Source: Bacilli bacterium
GTDB taxonomy: Bacteria > Bacillota_I > Bacilli_A > RFN20 > CAG-826
Direction: 5' to 3'
DNA: 64,000 bases
NCBI GenBank assembly: GCA_017470115.1
Contig: JAFUEZ010000008.1
Span: forward strand, 104 to 64,103
Shown: in pieces, positions 17,712 to 25,333 of the stretch
How positions within the stretch are numbered: position 1 is the first letter of the stretch
How the letters are laid out: every line of letters begins with the position of its first letter
The notes under the pieces: model-generated
Databases searched by the model: none
Told to the model about the DNA's origin: nothing
Seen by the model: only the letters and a program-made list of their open reading frames with translations
Translations under genes and position numbers: made by a program

Positions 17712-20681
17712 ATGAAGATAAAGAAAAATCTATTATTAGGTGTTACAGCTTCATTAGCTTTCTTACTTACACTCATGTCAGTTGCTTCCGCTTATTCTTT
17801 AGAATGGGAAGGAAAAATCAACGAGACTTTAGGAATTGAAGGATCATCAACTTCAGATGAAGGAGATACAGATACTCAATATTTTAAGAGTGAATTTGGT
17901 GATGGAACTATTAGTGAAGCAAATCAAGCCTTATTAGTTGCTGAAAGTAAAAAGCAATGTTATAACGAAGTCGCTGAAGGTGCAACACTTTTACGTAATC
18001 GTCATAATGCATTGCCACTTGCTCAAACAGAAAGAAAGATTTCTATATTTGGTAATAATGCTACTAATTTTGTCTATTTACCAAGTGGCGGCGGCGAAGG
18101 AAATAGTGTTAGTGCTGATAATAGTGCAAATTTTAAAGCATGTTTTGATGAAGCCGGTTTCCAAGTTAATCCAACGCTTTGGAATGCTTATGTAAATAGT
18201 GGAGTTAAACGTGCTTATAGTGGAACAAATGCTAGCGAAGATGATATTGGTGAAGTACCTTTAAGTTTCTATACAGATCAAATCAAGTCTTCTTTTGATG
18301 AATATAGTGATGCAGCTATTATTGTCATCACTCGTGAATCAGGTGAAGGTGCTGATATGTTCATGAATTATAGAGATGGAAAGAGCAAATTAGCACTTAC
18401 AGATAATGAACGTGACATGATTAATATGGTCACAAGTAGTGGAAAATTTAGCAAAACCATCGTATTAATTAATACAACTAATCAACTTGAACTTGATTGG
18501 GTAGAAGAATATAATATCGATTCAGTTTTGTGGGTTGGCTCAGTTGGTCAATGGGGTGCTTTAGCTATACCTGATTTATTAACAGGTAAAGTAAATCCTA
18601 GCGGAAGAACTGTTGATACATGGGCTGCAAATTCACTTTCTGCTCCAGCATGTGTTAACGCAGGAACAAATACTCCTCAATATTTAAATGTTGATGAAAT
18701 TGGACAATCTATTAAAGATTCAGTTAATACATATGCTTATATGCAAACACAAGTTGAATCAATTTATGTTGGATATAGATATTATGAAACACGTTATGAA
18801 GATGTCATCTTAAATCAAGGTAATGCAAATTCAACTAAAGGTGCAATTCAAGGCTCAACAAATTGGGATTATGCAAAAGAAATGTGTTATCCATTTGGAC
18901 ATGGTTTAAGTTATTCAACATTTTCAGAAACTCTTGAAAGCGTGACTGAAGATAGTGAAACAGATACTTTAAAAGTAACTGTTAAAGTTAAAAATACAGG
19001 AACTACAGCAGGAAAGCACTCAGTCTTAGTTTATGCACAAACTCCTTATGGTACATATGAAAAAGAACATAAGGTTGAAAAGAGCGCTATTCAACTTGTT
19101 CAATATGGAAAAACTAAACTTTTAGAGCCAAATGAAGAAGAAACTCTTGAACTTAAAGTAGATAAATATTTACTTGCATCTTATGACCAATATGAAGCAA
19201 AAACTTATATTAGATCAGCTGGAAATTATTATTTAGCTCTTGGAAATAATATTCATGATGCACTAAATAATATTTTAGCCAAAAAAGGTGCCTCTAATTT
19301 AGTTGATGAAGAAGCAAATCCAGTTACAGGAGATACTTCCCTAGTTTATGAATGGGCTGAAACATTTGATAAAGAAAAATATAGTGTCACTGATTATACA
19401 GGTGCAAAAGTAACAAATGTATTTGAAGAATGTGATTTAAATCATTTCTTTGATACTCCTGTTGTTACATATTTATCAAGATCTGATTGGGACGCTACTT
19501 ATCCTGTTAGTCAAACTAGAGTTGCAGCTACAACAGAAATGATTCGTCTTTTAAAAGGTGACTTATATAAAACACCTGCTGATGCTCCTAAATTCACTGA
19601 TTTAAAGATTGGTGTAAATAAAGGCATCAAAATGATTCAACTTAAAGATAAAGAATATGATGATCCTATGCGGGAAGAATACTTAGCTCAATATTCTCTT
19701 GATGATCTTGCTGCAATTACAGCAGAAGCATCAGGTACAAAACCAATTGCTGATTTCGGCGTTCCACATTTAGGATTCGTTGATGGACCAATGGGTGTTT
19801 GTTCAAAAATGCAATTTGGTTCAGTTAAATGTACAACTTTCCCATCAGTTCCAATTTTAACAGCTGCTTATAATAAAGATTTGCTTAAAAGACGTGGTGA
19901 ACTCATGGGTGAAGAAGCAGTGTTTGCTAAAAAACATGTAGTTAATGGCCCTGGATGTAATTTACATAGAACTCCATTCAATGGAAGAACATGTATTTAT
20001 TATTCAGAAGATGCTAACTTAACATATTTAGCTGTTGAAGCTGAAAATGCTGGTATGTTATCAAAAGGAGTAACAACAGCTGTTAAACACTTTGTTGGAA
20101 ATGATCAAGAATTCATGAGAACTGGTGTTTCAGTATTCTTTGAAGAACAAGGTATGAGAGAAATTGCTATGAGAGCATTTGAATCATCCTTAAATTCAAC
20201 TGATAACACTTTAGGAAGTATGATGTCCTTTAATAGACTTGGTTGTGTTTCTGATAATAACGCAAGTTATGCAAAAAAATTAACCAGAAACGAATGGGGC
20301 TTCCATGGTTTCTATCAAACTGATGCTGCTCAACATTATTCAAGTTATTTTGTTACTGAACTTGATTCAGGTACAGATATTTTCTCAACTGATACAACAG
20401 GTCGTGGTGGAGTAGCTATAGCAAAATATATTAAAGATAATAACGATGGTTATCTTTATAATGAATTAAAAGAAACAGTTCATCATATTCATTATATGAT
20501 GTGTAAAGGTCATGCAATGAATGGCTTATCATCAACTGCAAAAATCGTTATTTCAACTCCATGGTGGCAAGTTGCTGAACTTTCAGTGATTATTGCTCTT
20601 GGTGTATTAACACTTGGTGGCGCTGCTCTTTTAGCTTTAAATGAATTCAAAGCTATTAAAGGTGCAAAAGTAGAAGGATAA
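17712..20681 (+). CDS. Glycoside hydrolase family 3 beta-glucosidase-like enzyme with circularly permuted domain order and C-terminal transmembrane anchor (989 aa)
   Basis: Signal peptide. The GH3 C-domain start ATLLRNRHNALPL and FGHGLSYSTF lie near residue 395. KHFVGNDQEF and the GFHGFYQTDAA nucleophile region lie near residues 790-850. The C-terminus is hydrophobic: IIALGVLTLGGAALLAL. Confidence 0.8.
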   Translation: MKIKKNLLLGVTASLAFLLTLMSVASAYSLEWEGKINETLGIEGSSTSDEGDTDTQYFKSEFGDGTISEANQALLVAESKKQCYNEVAEGATLLRNRHNALPLAQTERKISIFGNNATNFVYLPSGGGEGNSVSADNSANFKACFDEAGFQVNPTLWNAYVNSGVKRAYSGTNASEDDIGEVPLSFYTDQIKSSFDEYSDAAIIVITRESGEGADMFMNYRDGKSKLALTDNERDMINMVTSSGKFSKTIVLINTTNQLELDWVEEYNIDSVLWVGSVGQWGALAIPDLLTGKVNPSGRTVDTWAANSLSAPACVNAGTNTPQYLNVDEIGQSIKDSVNTYAYMQTQVESIYVGYRYYETRYEDVILNQGNANSTKGAIQGSTNWDYAKEMCYPFGHGLSYSTFSETLESVTEDSETDTLKVTVKVKNTGTTAGKHSVLVYAQTPYGTYEKEHKVEKSAIQLVQYGKTKLLEPNEEETLELKVDKYLLASYDQYEAKTYIRSAGNYYLALGNNIHDALNNILAKKGASNLVDEEANPVTGDTSLVYEWAETFDKEKYSVTDYTGAKVTNVFEECDLNHFFDTPVVTYLSRSDWDATYPVSQTRVAATTEMIRLLKGDLYKTPADAPKFTDLKIGVNKGIKMIQLKDKEYDDPMREEYLAQYSLDDLAAITAEASGTKPIADFGVPHLGFVDGPMGVCSKMQFGSVKCTTFPSVPILTAAYNKDLLKRRGELMGEEAVFAKKHVVNGPGCNLHRTPFNGRTCIYYSEDANLTYLAVEAENAGMLSKGVTTAVKHFVGNDQEFMRTGVSVFFEEQGMREIAMRAFESSLNSTDNTLGSMMSFNRLGCVSDNNASYAKKLTRNEWGFHGFYQTDAAQHYSSYFVTELDSGTDIFSTDTTGRGGVAIAKYIKDNNDGYLYNELKETVHHIHYMMCKGHAMNGLSSTAKIVISTPWWQVAELSVIIALGVLTLGGAALLALNEFKAIKGAKVEG

Positions 20682-20693
20682 GGAGGAAAAATT

Positions 20694-21119
20694 ATGAAAT
20701 TTAATGAAGTTTTTAAAGCTCACAAATTTGCTTTAATTTTCCAAGGTGTTTCTTTCTTACTTGGCTTAGTTGCCTTTCTATATACAGCAAATGTTTTAAA
20801 TTTGATGAAGCTTGTTCCTGAACAATATACTCCATCATTTATATTCATTATTGTTACTTTACTCTTGCAAGTTGGCTATGTAGTAATGTTAATTAAAAAC
20901 ATTAAATTTGCTGAATACTTAAAATTTTTAATCGTTATTTTTGGAGCACTTGGCTTATCTTATTTTGTAACAGGATCAATGCTTTCAATTATTGATAAAA
21001 TCTATAATATCGTCATGTGGGGTGATATTACTCAATTCCCAGCAATTATGGTTTTTGGAGCATTTTTACTTGCTGCAGAAGGATTAAATATTGCTACCTG
21101 CTTCTTAAAAAACGAGTAA
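20694..21119 (+). CDS. Small four-helix membrane protein co-encoded with GH3 (141 aa)
   Basis: Four hydrophobic helices. RBS AAGGAGG. Same relative position as the 28409 gene in the paralogous cassette. Confidence 0.55.
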   Translation: MKFNEVFKAHKFALIFQGVSFLLGLVAFLYTANVLNLMKLVPEQYTPSFIFIIVTLLLQVGYVVMLIKNIKFAEYLKFLIVIFGALGLSYFVTGSMLSIIDKIYNIVMWGDITQFPAIMVFGAFLLAAEGLNIATCFLKNE

Positions 21120-21140
21120 GATTTGTTTTTTAATCCCTCA

Positions 21141-21173
21141 AAAACCTGAGTTTCCGGACTCAGGTTTTTTCTT
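21141..21173 (+). terminator. Intrinsic terminator
   Basis: AAAACCTGAGT-ttccgg-ACTCAGGTTTT hairpin followed by a T-run. Confidence 0.8.
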
Positions 21174-21278
21174 TAAAAAAATGTTAATTATGCCACTAAA
21201 TAAGCATAAAATGTATTTATTTTTATAAAAATAGAACTTTTATAAACACAAAATCTATTATTTAAACGAGGTAAGTTT

Positions 21279-22418
21279 ATGAAGATCAAAAATATAATTT
21301 TTAGTTTACTAGCTATTTTTAGTTTAGTAAGTTGTGCAGATAAAGTAGAACCAATCATAGAAGGATATAGATATCCTGATGATGGACTTCCAAAAGAGAT
21401 TGATCCAGAAACTATAGTTTTAAAAGAAGGTTGCACACATACAAAACTTCAAATGGCTTATTTAGAGTCAACTTATAAATCGATTGAAAAATACGCTAAT
21501 GGGCAAAAAGAAAATTCAATTCCTAATCCAATAAAGATTGATTATTCATCTTTGAATTTATCAAGCGTAGATAACTATAAAATTGAATTTTCTACATCAG
21601 CAACATTTGAAAATTCATATGTAGATAATTTATATGATTTAAAAACTTATGATTTTTATAACGGATTAACTGATACAAAATATTATTGGCAAATTAAGGA
21701 TAATGAAGGCAATATTTTAGATTTAAAAGGAGACTTTAAAACATGTGAGCATCTTCCTAGAATGTTAAAAGTTGAAGGTGTCACCAACGTAAGAGATTTA
21801 GGCGGATATAAAACTAAAGATAATAAGAAAATAAAACAAGGGCTCCTTTATAGAGGTGGAAGATTAAATGATTCTTATACTTATGAGCCAAAACTTGGAA
21901 TCAGTGAAAAAGGAATTGAAGTTTTAACTAAACAACTTGGAGTAAAGTCTGAACTCGATTTAAGAAGACTTGAAGAAGATGATAAAAATGCTCAAGAAGC
22001 AGGGCATAGAAACGAAATTCAAATACCAGGAATTTCTCTTAAATCAGTGTCTTTAGATTATTCAATTAAAAGTGAATTACAAAAAGAATTATTTGTTGAA
22101 ATATTTGACTATTTAGCAGATGAAAATAATTATCCATTATATTTCCATTGCAATATCGGAACCGATAGAACAGGGTTGATCGCTTTTTGGCTTTTAAATT
22201 TAGTTGGAGTAGAAGAAACAACAATTTATAAAGAATATTGTATGAGTGCATTAGCTAATATTGGTCAACCAAGAACTCATAAGAGTTTACAAAAAGAGTG
22301 GCTTGCTCTTTATGAATATGATCATGAAGATTTTACTAAAGCCACTGAACTATATTTAAAAGATTTAGGAATAAAAGAAGAAACTTTAAGTAAAATAAAA
22401 TCAATTATTCTTGAGTAG
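21279..22418 (+). CDS. Lipoprotein with protein-tyrosine-phosphatase-like CX5R active site
   Basis: Lipobox LVSCAD. FHCNIGTDRTGLIAF matches the HCxxGxxR(T/S) P-loop of PTP/dual-specificity/PTP-like phytase enzymes. RBS GAGGT. Confidence 0.6.
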   Translation: MKIKNIIFSLLAIFSLVSCADKVEPIIEGYRYPDDGLPKEIDPETIVLKEGCTHTKLQMAYLESTYKSIEKYANGQKENSIPNPIKIDYSSLNLSSVDNYKIEFSTSATFENSYVDNLYDLKTYDFYNGLTDTKYYWQIKDNEGNILDLKGDFKTCEHLPRMLKVEGVTNVRDLGGYKTKDNKKIKQGLLYRGGRLNDSYTYEPKLGISEKGIEVLTKQLGVKSELDLRRLEEDDKNAQEAGHRNEIQIPGISLKSVSLDYSIKSELQKELFVEIFDYLADENNYPLYFHCNIGTDRTGLIAFWLLNLVGVEETTIYKEYCMSALANIGQPRTHKSLQKEWLALYEYDHEDFTKATELYLKDLGIKEETLSKIKSIILE

Positions 22419-23694
22419 AAGAAGTTTCATCTTTTAAAGGAAGCATAATTGTTGCTTGAAATACATTTTGTTTTTGAGAAAGAAGCAATTCTCCATCATA
22501 TTTTTCAAGTGTCTTTTTGACGTTTCTTATGCCAAAACCATGATTGTATTTATCTTTCTTAGTCGTTTTAGGCAAGTCGTTTTTAAATTCAATTTGATGG
22601 TCTAAATAATTTTCAATCAAGATAAAAACAATATTCTTTTCTTTTTTAGAGTGAATTGTGATGTAGCGCTTATCTTGAGGAACTAGTTTTTGTGATTCGA
22701 TTGCATTATCAAGTAAATTTCCAAAAATAATATAAATATCAATAGAATCCATGAATGATAAGTCACTTAAATTTGAAGAAATGATGAATTTAATTTTGTA
22801 ATTTTCACAAACAACACTTTTTTCAGATAGAATTGAATCAATAACTGAATTACCAGTATAGATTAATTTTTCAAAATCTACTGTACCTTCTTTTAAGGTT
22901 GCAGCAATCTTTTTTCTTTCTTCATTATCGCCATTTTCAATTGCGTTTACGTAATACTTTAAATCGTGCATTCTTCTATCAATAGCATCAAATGATGCTA
23001 ATAAGAATTCATATTGTTCGTTTTGCTTCACAATAGAAGCTTCATACATTTTTTGAGAAACATAAGTTTTATTTGTATAGATATTAATAAATAGAAGTGT
23101 CAAACAAAGTAAAGTATCGTAAATGATTTCAATTAATGCATAACTTCTATCAAAAGAAAGGAATATTACAGCTAATAAACCAGCTACAGCAAATAAAACA
23201 ACAAAATAAGACTTATAACTAATTTCATCTAAGCTTGAATTTGATAATTTTAAAATCATAGTTATTATGAATATTTGTAAGGCTAAAATAGCATAATCAA
23301 CAAGTTTACCAATATAATAAATCCAATCAAACGAAAGAGCTTCGTTTAATCCTGTTTCTTCAAATAAAATCATTCTTAAATTGTAGCCAATATGTTGAAG
23401 TAAAGCAGAAGTAAGAACGATAATAATCGTTGTTTTTAGATTTGTATTATAGCTAAATAAAATGACTCCAACAACAAGAGAGTATAAAAGAAATACTTGT
23501 GGAGAAAATTTAAAAACAGCTAATTCAACTCTTTGTGGAATAAAATATATGATTGCCATTCCTGCAATTAAAGGAAGGAAAAATCTTAATAAAAAATATT
23601 TCTTTCTAGATGTTTTTCTTAAAAGAAATACTGAAGGAATTACATAAGTTGCCGTTAAAGAGATTAACGAAATTAACGATTTTACAGGTGTCAT
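22405..23694 (-). CDS. Membrane sensor histidine kinase, AgrC/ComD-like (HPK10, GHKL ATPase domain)
   Basis: About six N-terminal transmembrane helices. H-box RRMHDLKYYVNAI. N-box GNLLDNAIES. G-box HGFGIRNV. The start overlaps the stop of the response regulator gene. Confidence 0.8.
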   Translation of the reverse strand: MTPVKSLISLISLTATYVIPSVFLLRKTSRKKYFLLRFFLPLIAGMAIIYFIPQRVELAVFKFSPQVFLLYSLVVGVILFSYNTNLKTTIIIVLTSALLQHIGYNLRMILFEETGLNEALSFDWIYYIGKLVDYAILALQIFIITMILKLSNSSLDEISYKSYFVVLFAVAGLLAVIFLSFDRSYALIEIIYDTLLCLTLLFINIYTNKTYVSQKMYEASIVKQNEQYEFLLASFDAIDRRMHDLKYYVNAIENGDNEERKKIAATLKEGTVDFEKLIYTGNSVIDSILSEKSVVCENYKIKFIISSNLSDLSFMDSIDIYIIFGNLLDNAIESQKLVPQDKRYITIHSKKEKNIVFILIENYLDHQIEFKNDLPKTTKKDKYNHGFGIRNVKKTLEKYDGELLLSQKQNVFQATIMLPLKDETSSTQE

Positions 23695-24404
23695 TCTCTA
23701 AACCCATTCCATGAAGCAACTTGAATGTAGAAGCTCTTTTTAAAAGATCTTCCTAAAGGAAAAGATGTATCATCATCTAAAATGATTGATTTGCCTGACC
23801 ATGATTTTAAATATGCGATATTAATTAGTGTAGACCCATTAACTTTTGCAAAACCTTGAGAGAGATAATTTGCTTCAAGTTGTTTAAGAGGGATTTGTTT
23901 TTTATATTCATTTCCATCATTAGTTTTTAAGTAGCAATAATGGCCAGAAGATTCTATATAAACAACATCTTTAAGAGCAATTGAAATATTATTGCTATCT
24001 TGTTTAACAGCTATTTTAATTGAATTATTTCTTGAACGTTTTTCAATTATGAAATCGAGTTTACGTTTGAGTACTTTAGGATCGTATGGCTTTAAAACAA
24101 ATGCAGAAGCACCAATTTCATATCCATCAATTGCATATTTTTCTAAAGCAGTGATTAAAATAATATCTGTATCAGTGTTTATAGTCCTAAATTTTTTAGC
24201 AATGGAAATTCCATTTTCAAAAGGAAGTTTAATGTCTAAAAAAACAATATCGAAATTCATATATGACTTTTCTAAAAATAGTAAGCCATCTTCAAATTTA
24301 GAAATATTGATCTTTTGTTTGATATCTTTTTGATATTCAAGTAAAAAATTCTTTAAATCATTTAAGAAATTCTTATCATCTTCGACTATAGCTATGTTAA
24401 TCAT
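23691..24404 (-). CDS. Response regulator, LytTR family (AgrA/ComE-like)
   Basis: Receiver domain with IVEDD and the phospho-acceptor in FLDIKLP. C-terminal LytTR DNA-binding domain. Lies upstream of the histidine kinase in the same operon. Confidence 0.85.
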   Translation of the reverse strand: MINIAIVEDDKNFLNDLKNFLLEYQKDIKQKINISKFEDGLLFLEKSYMNFDIVFLDIKLPFENGISIAKKFRTINTDTDIILITALEKYAIDGYEIGASAFVLKPYDPKVLKRKLDFIIEKRSRNNSIKIAVKQDSNNISIALKDVVYIESSGHYCYLKTNDGNEYKKQIPLKQLEANYLSQGFAKVNGSTLINIAYLKSWSGKSIILDDDTSFPLGRSFKKSFYIQVASWNGFRE

Positions 24405-24465
24405 ATTTATATATTAATAATATTAATATCAACTCGCAAAAATCTATAAAAAATTTATTCATATT

Positions 24466-24495
24466 TTGCATGTTTTAAGCAAAAAATTGCATTTA
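24466..24495. promoter_or_regulatory. Candidate LytTR operator: 9-bp direct repeats TTGCATGTT / TTGCATTTA separated by 12 bp
   Basis: The repeats are in the divergent intergenic region between the response regulator gene and cassette 2, about 60-90 nt upstream of the response regulator start. Confidence 0.4.
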
Positions 24496-24698
24496 TGTAG
24501 ATCTAAAAAAAGAAAAATATCGATTGTTATCGAATCTCTATTTTTAAGGATATACAAATAATGCATGTATTTAAATAAGTTGCTCAGTTTTAATAAAAAA
24601 TCAGCAATAAATCTTTTAAAGTTCATAAAATGAAGCCATAAATACTAAAAATGACCATAATTAGCGTTTTTAGACAATAAAAATTTTGGAGGGAATTT

Positions 24699-25271
24699 AT
24701 GAAATTAAAATTTTTATTAAGTGCAGGTGTTCTTTTGGCATCAGTTGCAGCTTTAGCTTCATGTGGTGGCACAAAGGATAATCACGTTGCTGGATCAGAA
24801 GGTTTAGTTTATACCTTATCAGATGATGAAGATCATTACATTTTCACAAGTATCGGAACATGCACAGATGCGACAGTCACTGTTGGAAACTGGTACAATA
24901 ATCTTCCTGTTACTGAATTTGGTGAAGCTCCTTTAGGTGATGGAACAACATTAAAGAAATTAATCGTTTCTGAAGGTATCACAAAATTAGCTTTCAGAGC
25001 ATGCAGAAGTTTCTCAGTTGAAAACGTTGTTCTTCCAAACGGAATCGCAGAATTACCAATGGGTACATTTGTCCGTTGTGATAAATTAACCGAAATCACA
25101 TTAGGAACAGGTTTAACAAAATTTAATGAAGGTGGTGCTTTAGCATCAACAGCAATTAAAAAGATTAACTTCCGTGGTACAGAAGAAGAATGGAAGAAAA
25201 TCGAAATCACAAACGAAGGCGATATTGCAATTATTGCAGCAGCTCAAGTCGTTTATAATTTTAAAGGTTAA
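24699..25271 (+). CDS. Leucine-rich-repeat (BspA-type) surface lipoprotein (paralog)
   Basis: Lipobox LASCGG. LRR segments. C-terminal EEEWKKIEITNEG tail. The RBS/5' region GGAGGGAATTtATG is nearly identical to that of the 16919 gene. Confidence 0.6.
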   Translation: MKLKFLLSAGVLLASVAALASCGGTKDNHVAGSEGLVYTLSDDEDHYIFTSIGTCTDATVTVGNWYNNLPVTEFGEAPLGDGTTLKKLIVSEGITKLAFRACRSFSVENVVLPNGIAELPMGTFVRCDKLTEITLGTGLTKFNEGGALASTAIKKINFRGTEEEWKKIEITNEGDIAIIAAAQVVYNFKG

Positions 25272-25284
25272 TCTAAAATTGTTT

Positions 25285-25326
25285 CGGCCCTTAGTTCGTC
25301 TAAGGGCCTCTTTATATTTAAAGAGG
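25285..25326 (+). promoter_or_regulatory. Structured leader: terminator hairpin overlapping an SD-sequestering hairpin upstream of the GH3 gene (cassette 2)
   Basis: The first hairpin, GGCCCTTAG-ttcgtc-CTAAGGGCC plus a T-rich tract, shares its last two nt with a second hairpin, CCTCTTTA-tatt-TAAAGAGG. The second hairpin contains the GAGG of the ribosome-binding site. Confidence 0.5.
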
Positions 25327-25333
25327 GCAAATT

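Noticed and set aside
21188-21436. 82-aa minus-strand ORF spanning the terminator/promoter region and 5' end of the PTP lipoprotein gene
   Set aside because: It overlaps a confident + strand gene start and an intrinsic terminator. There is no SD and the sequence is low-complexity.
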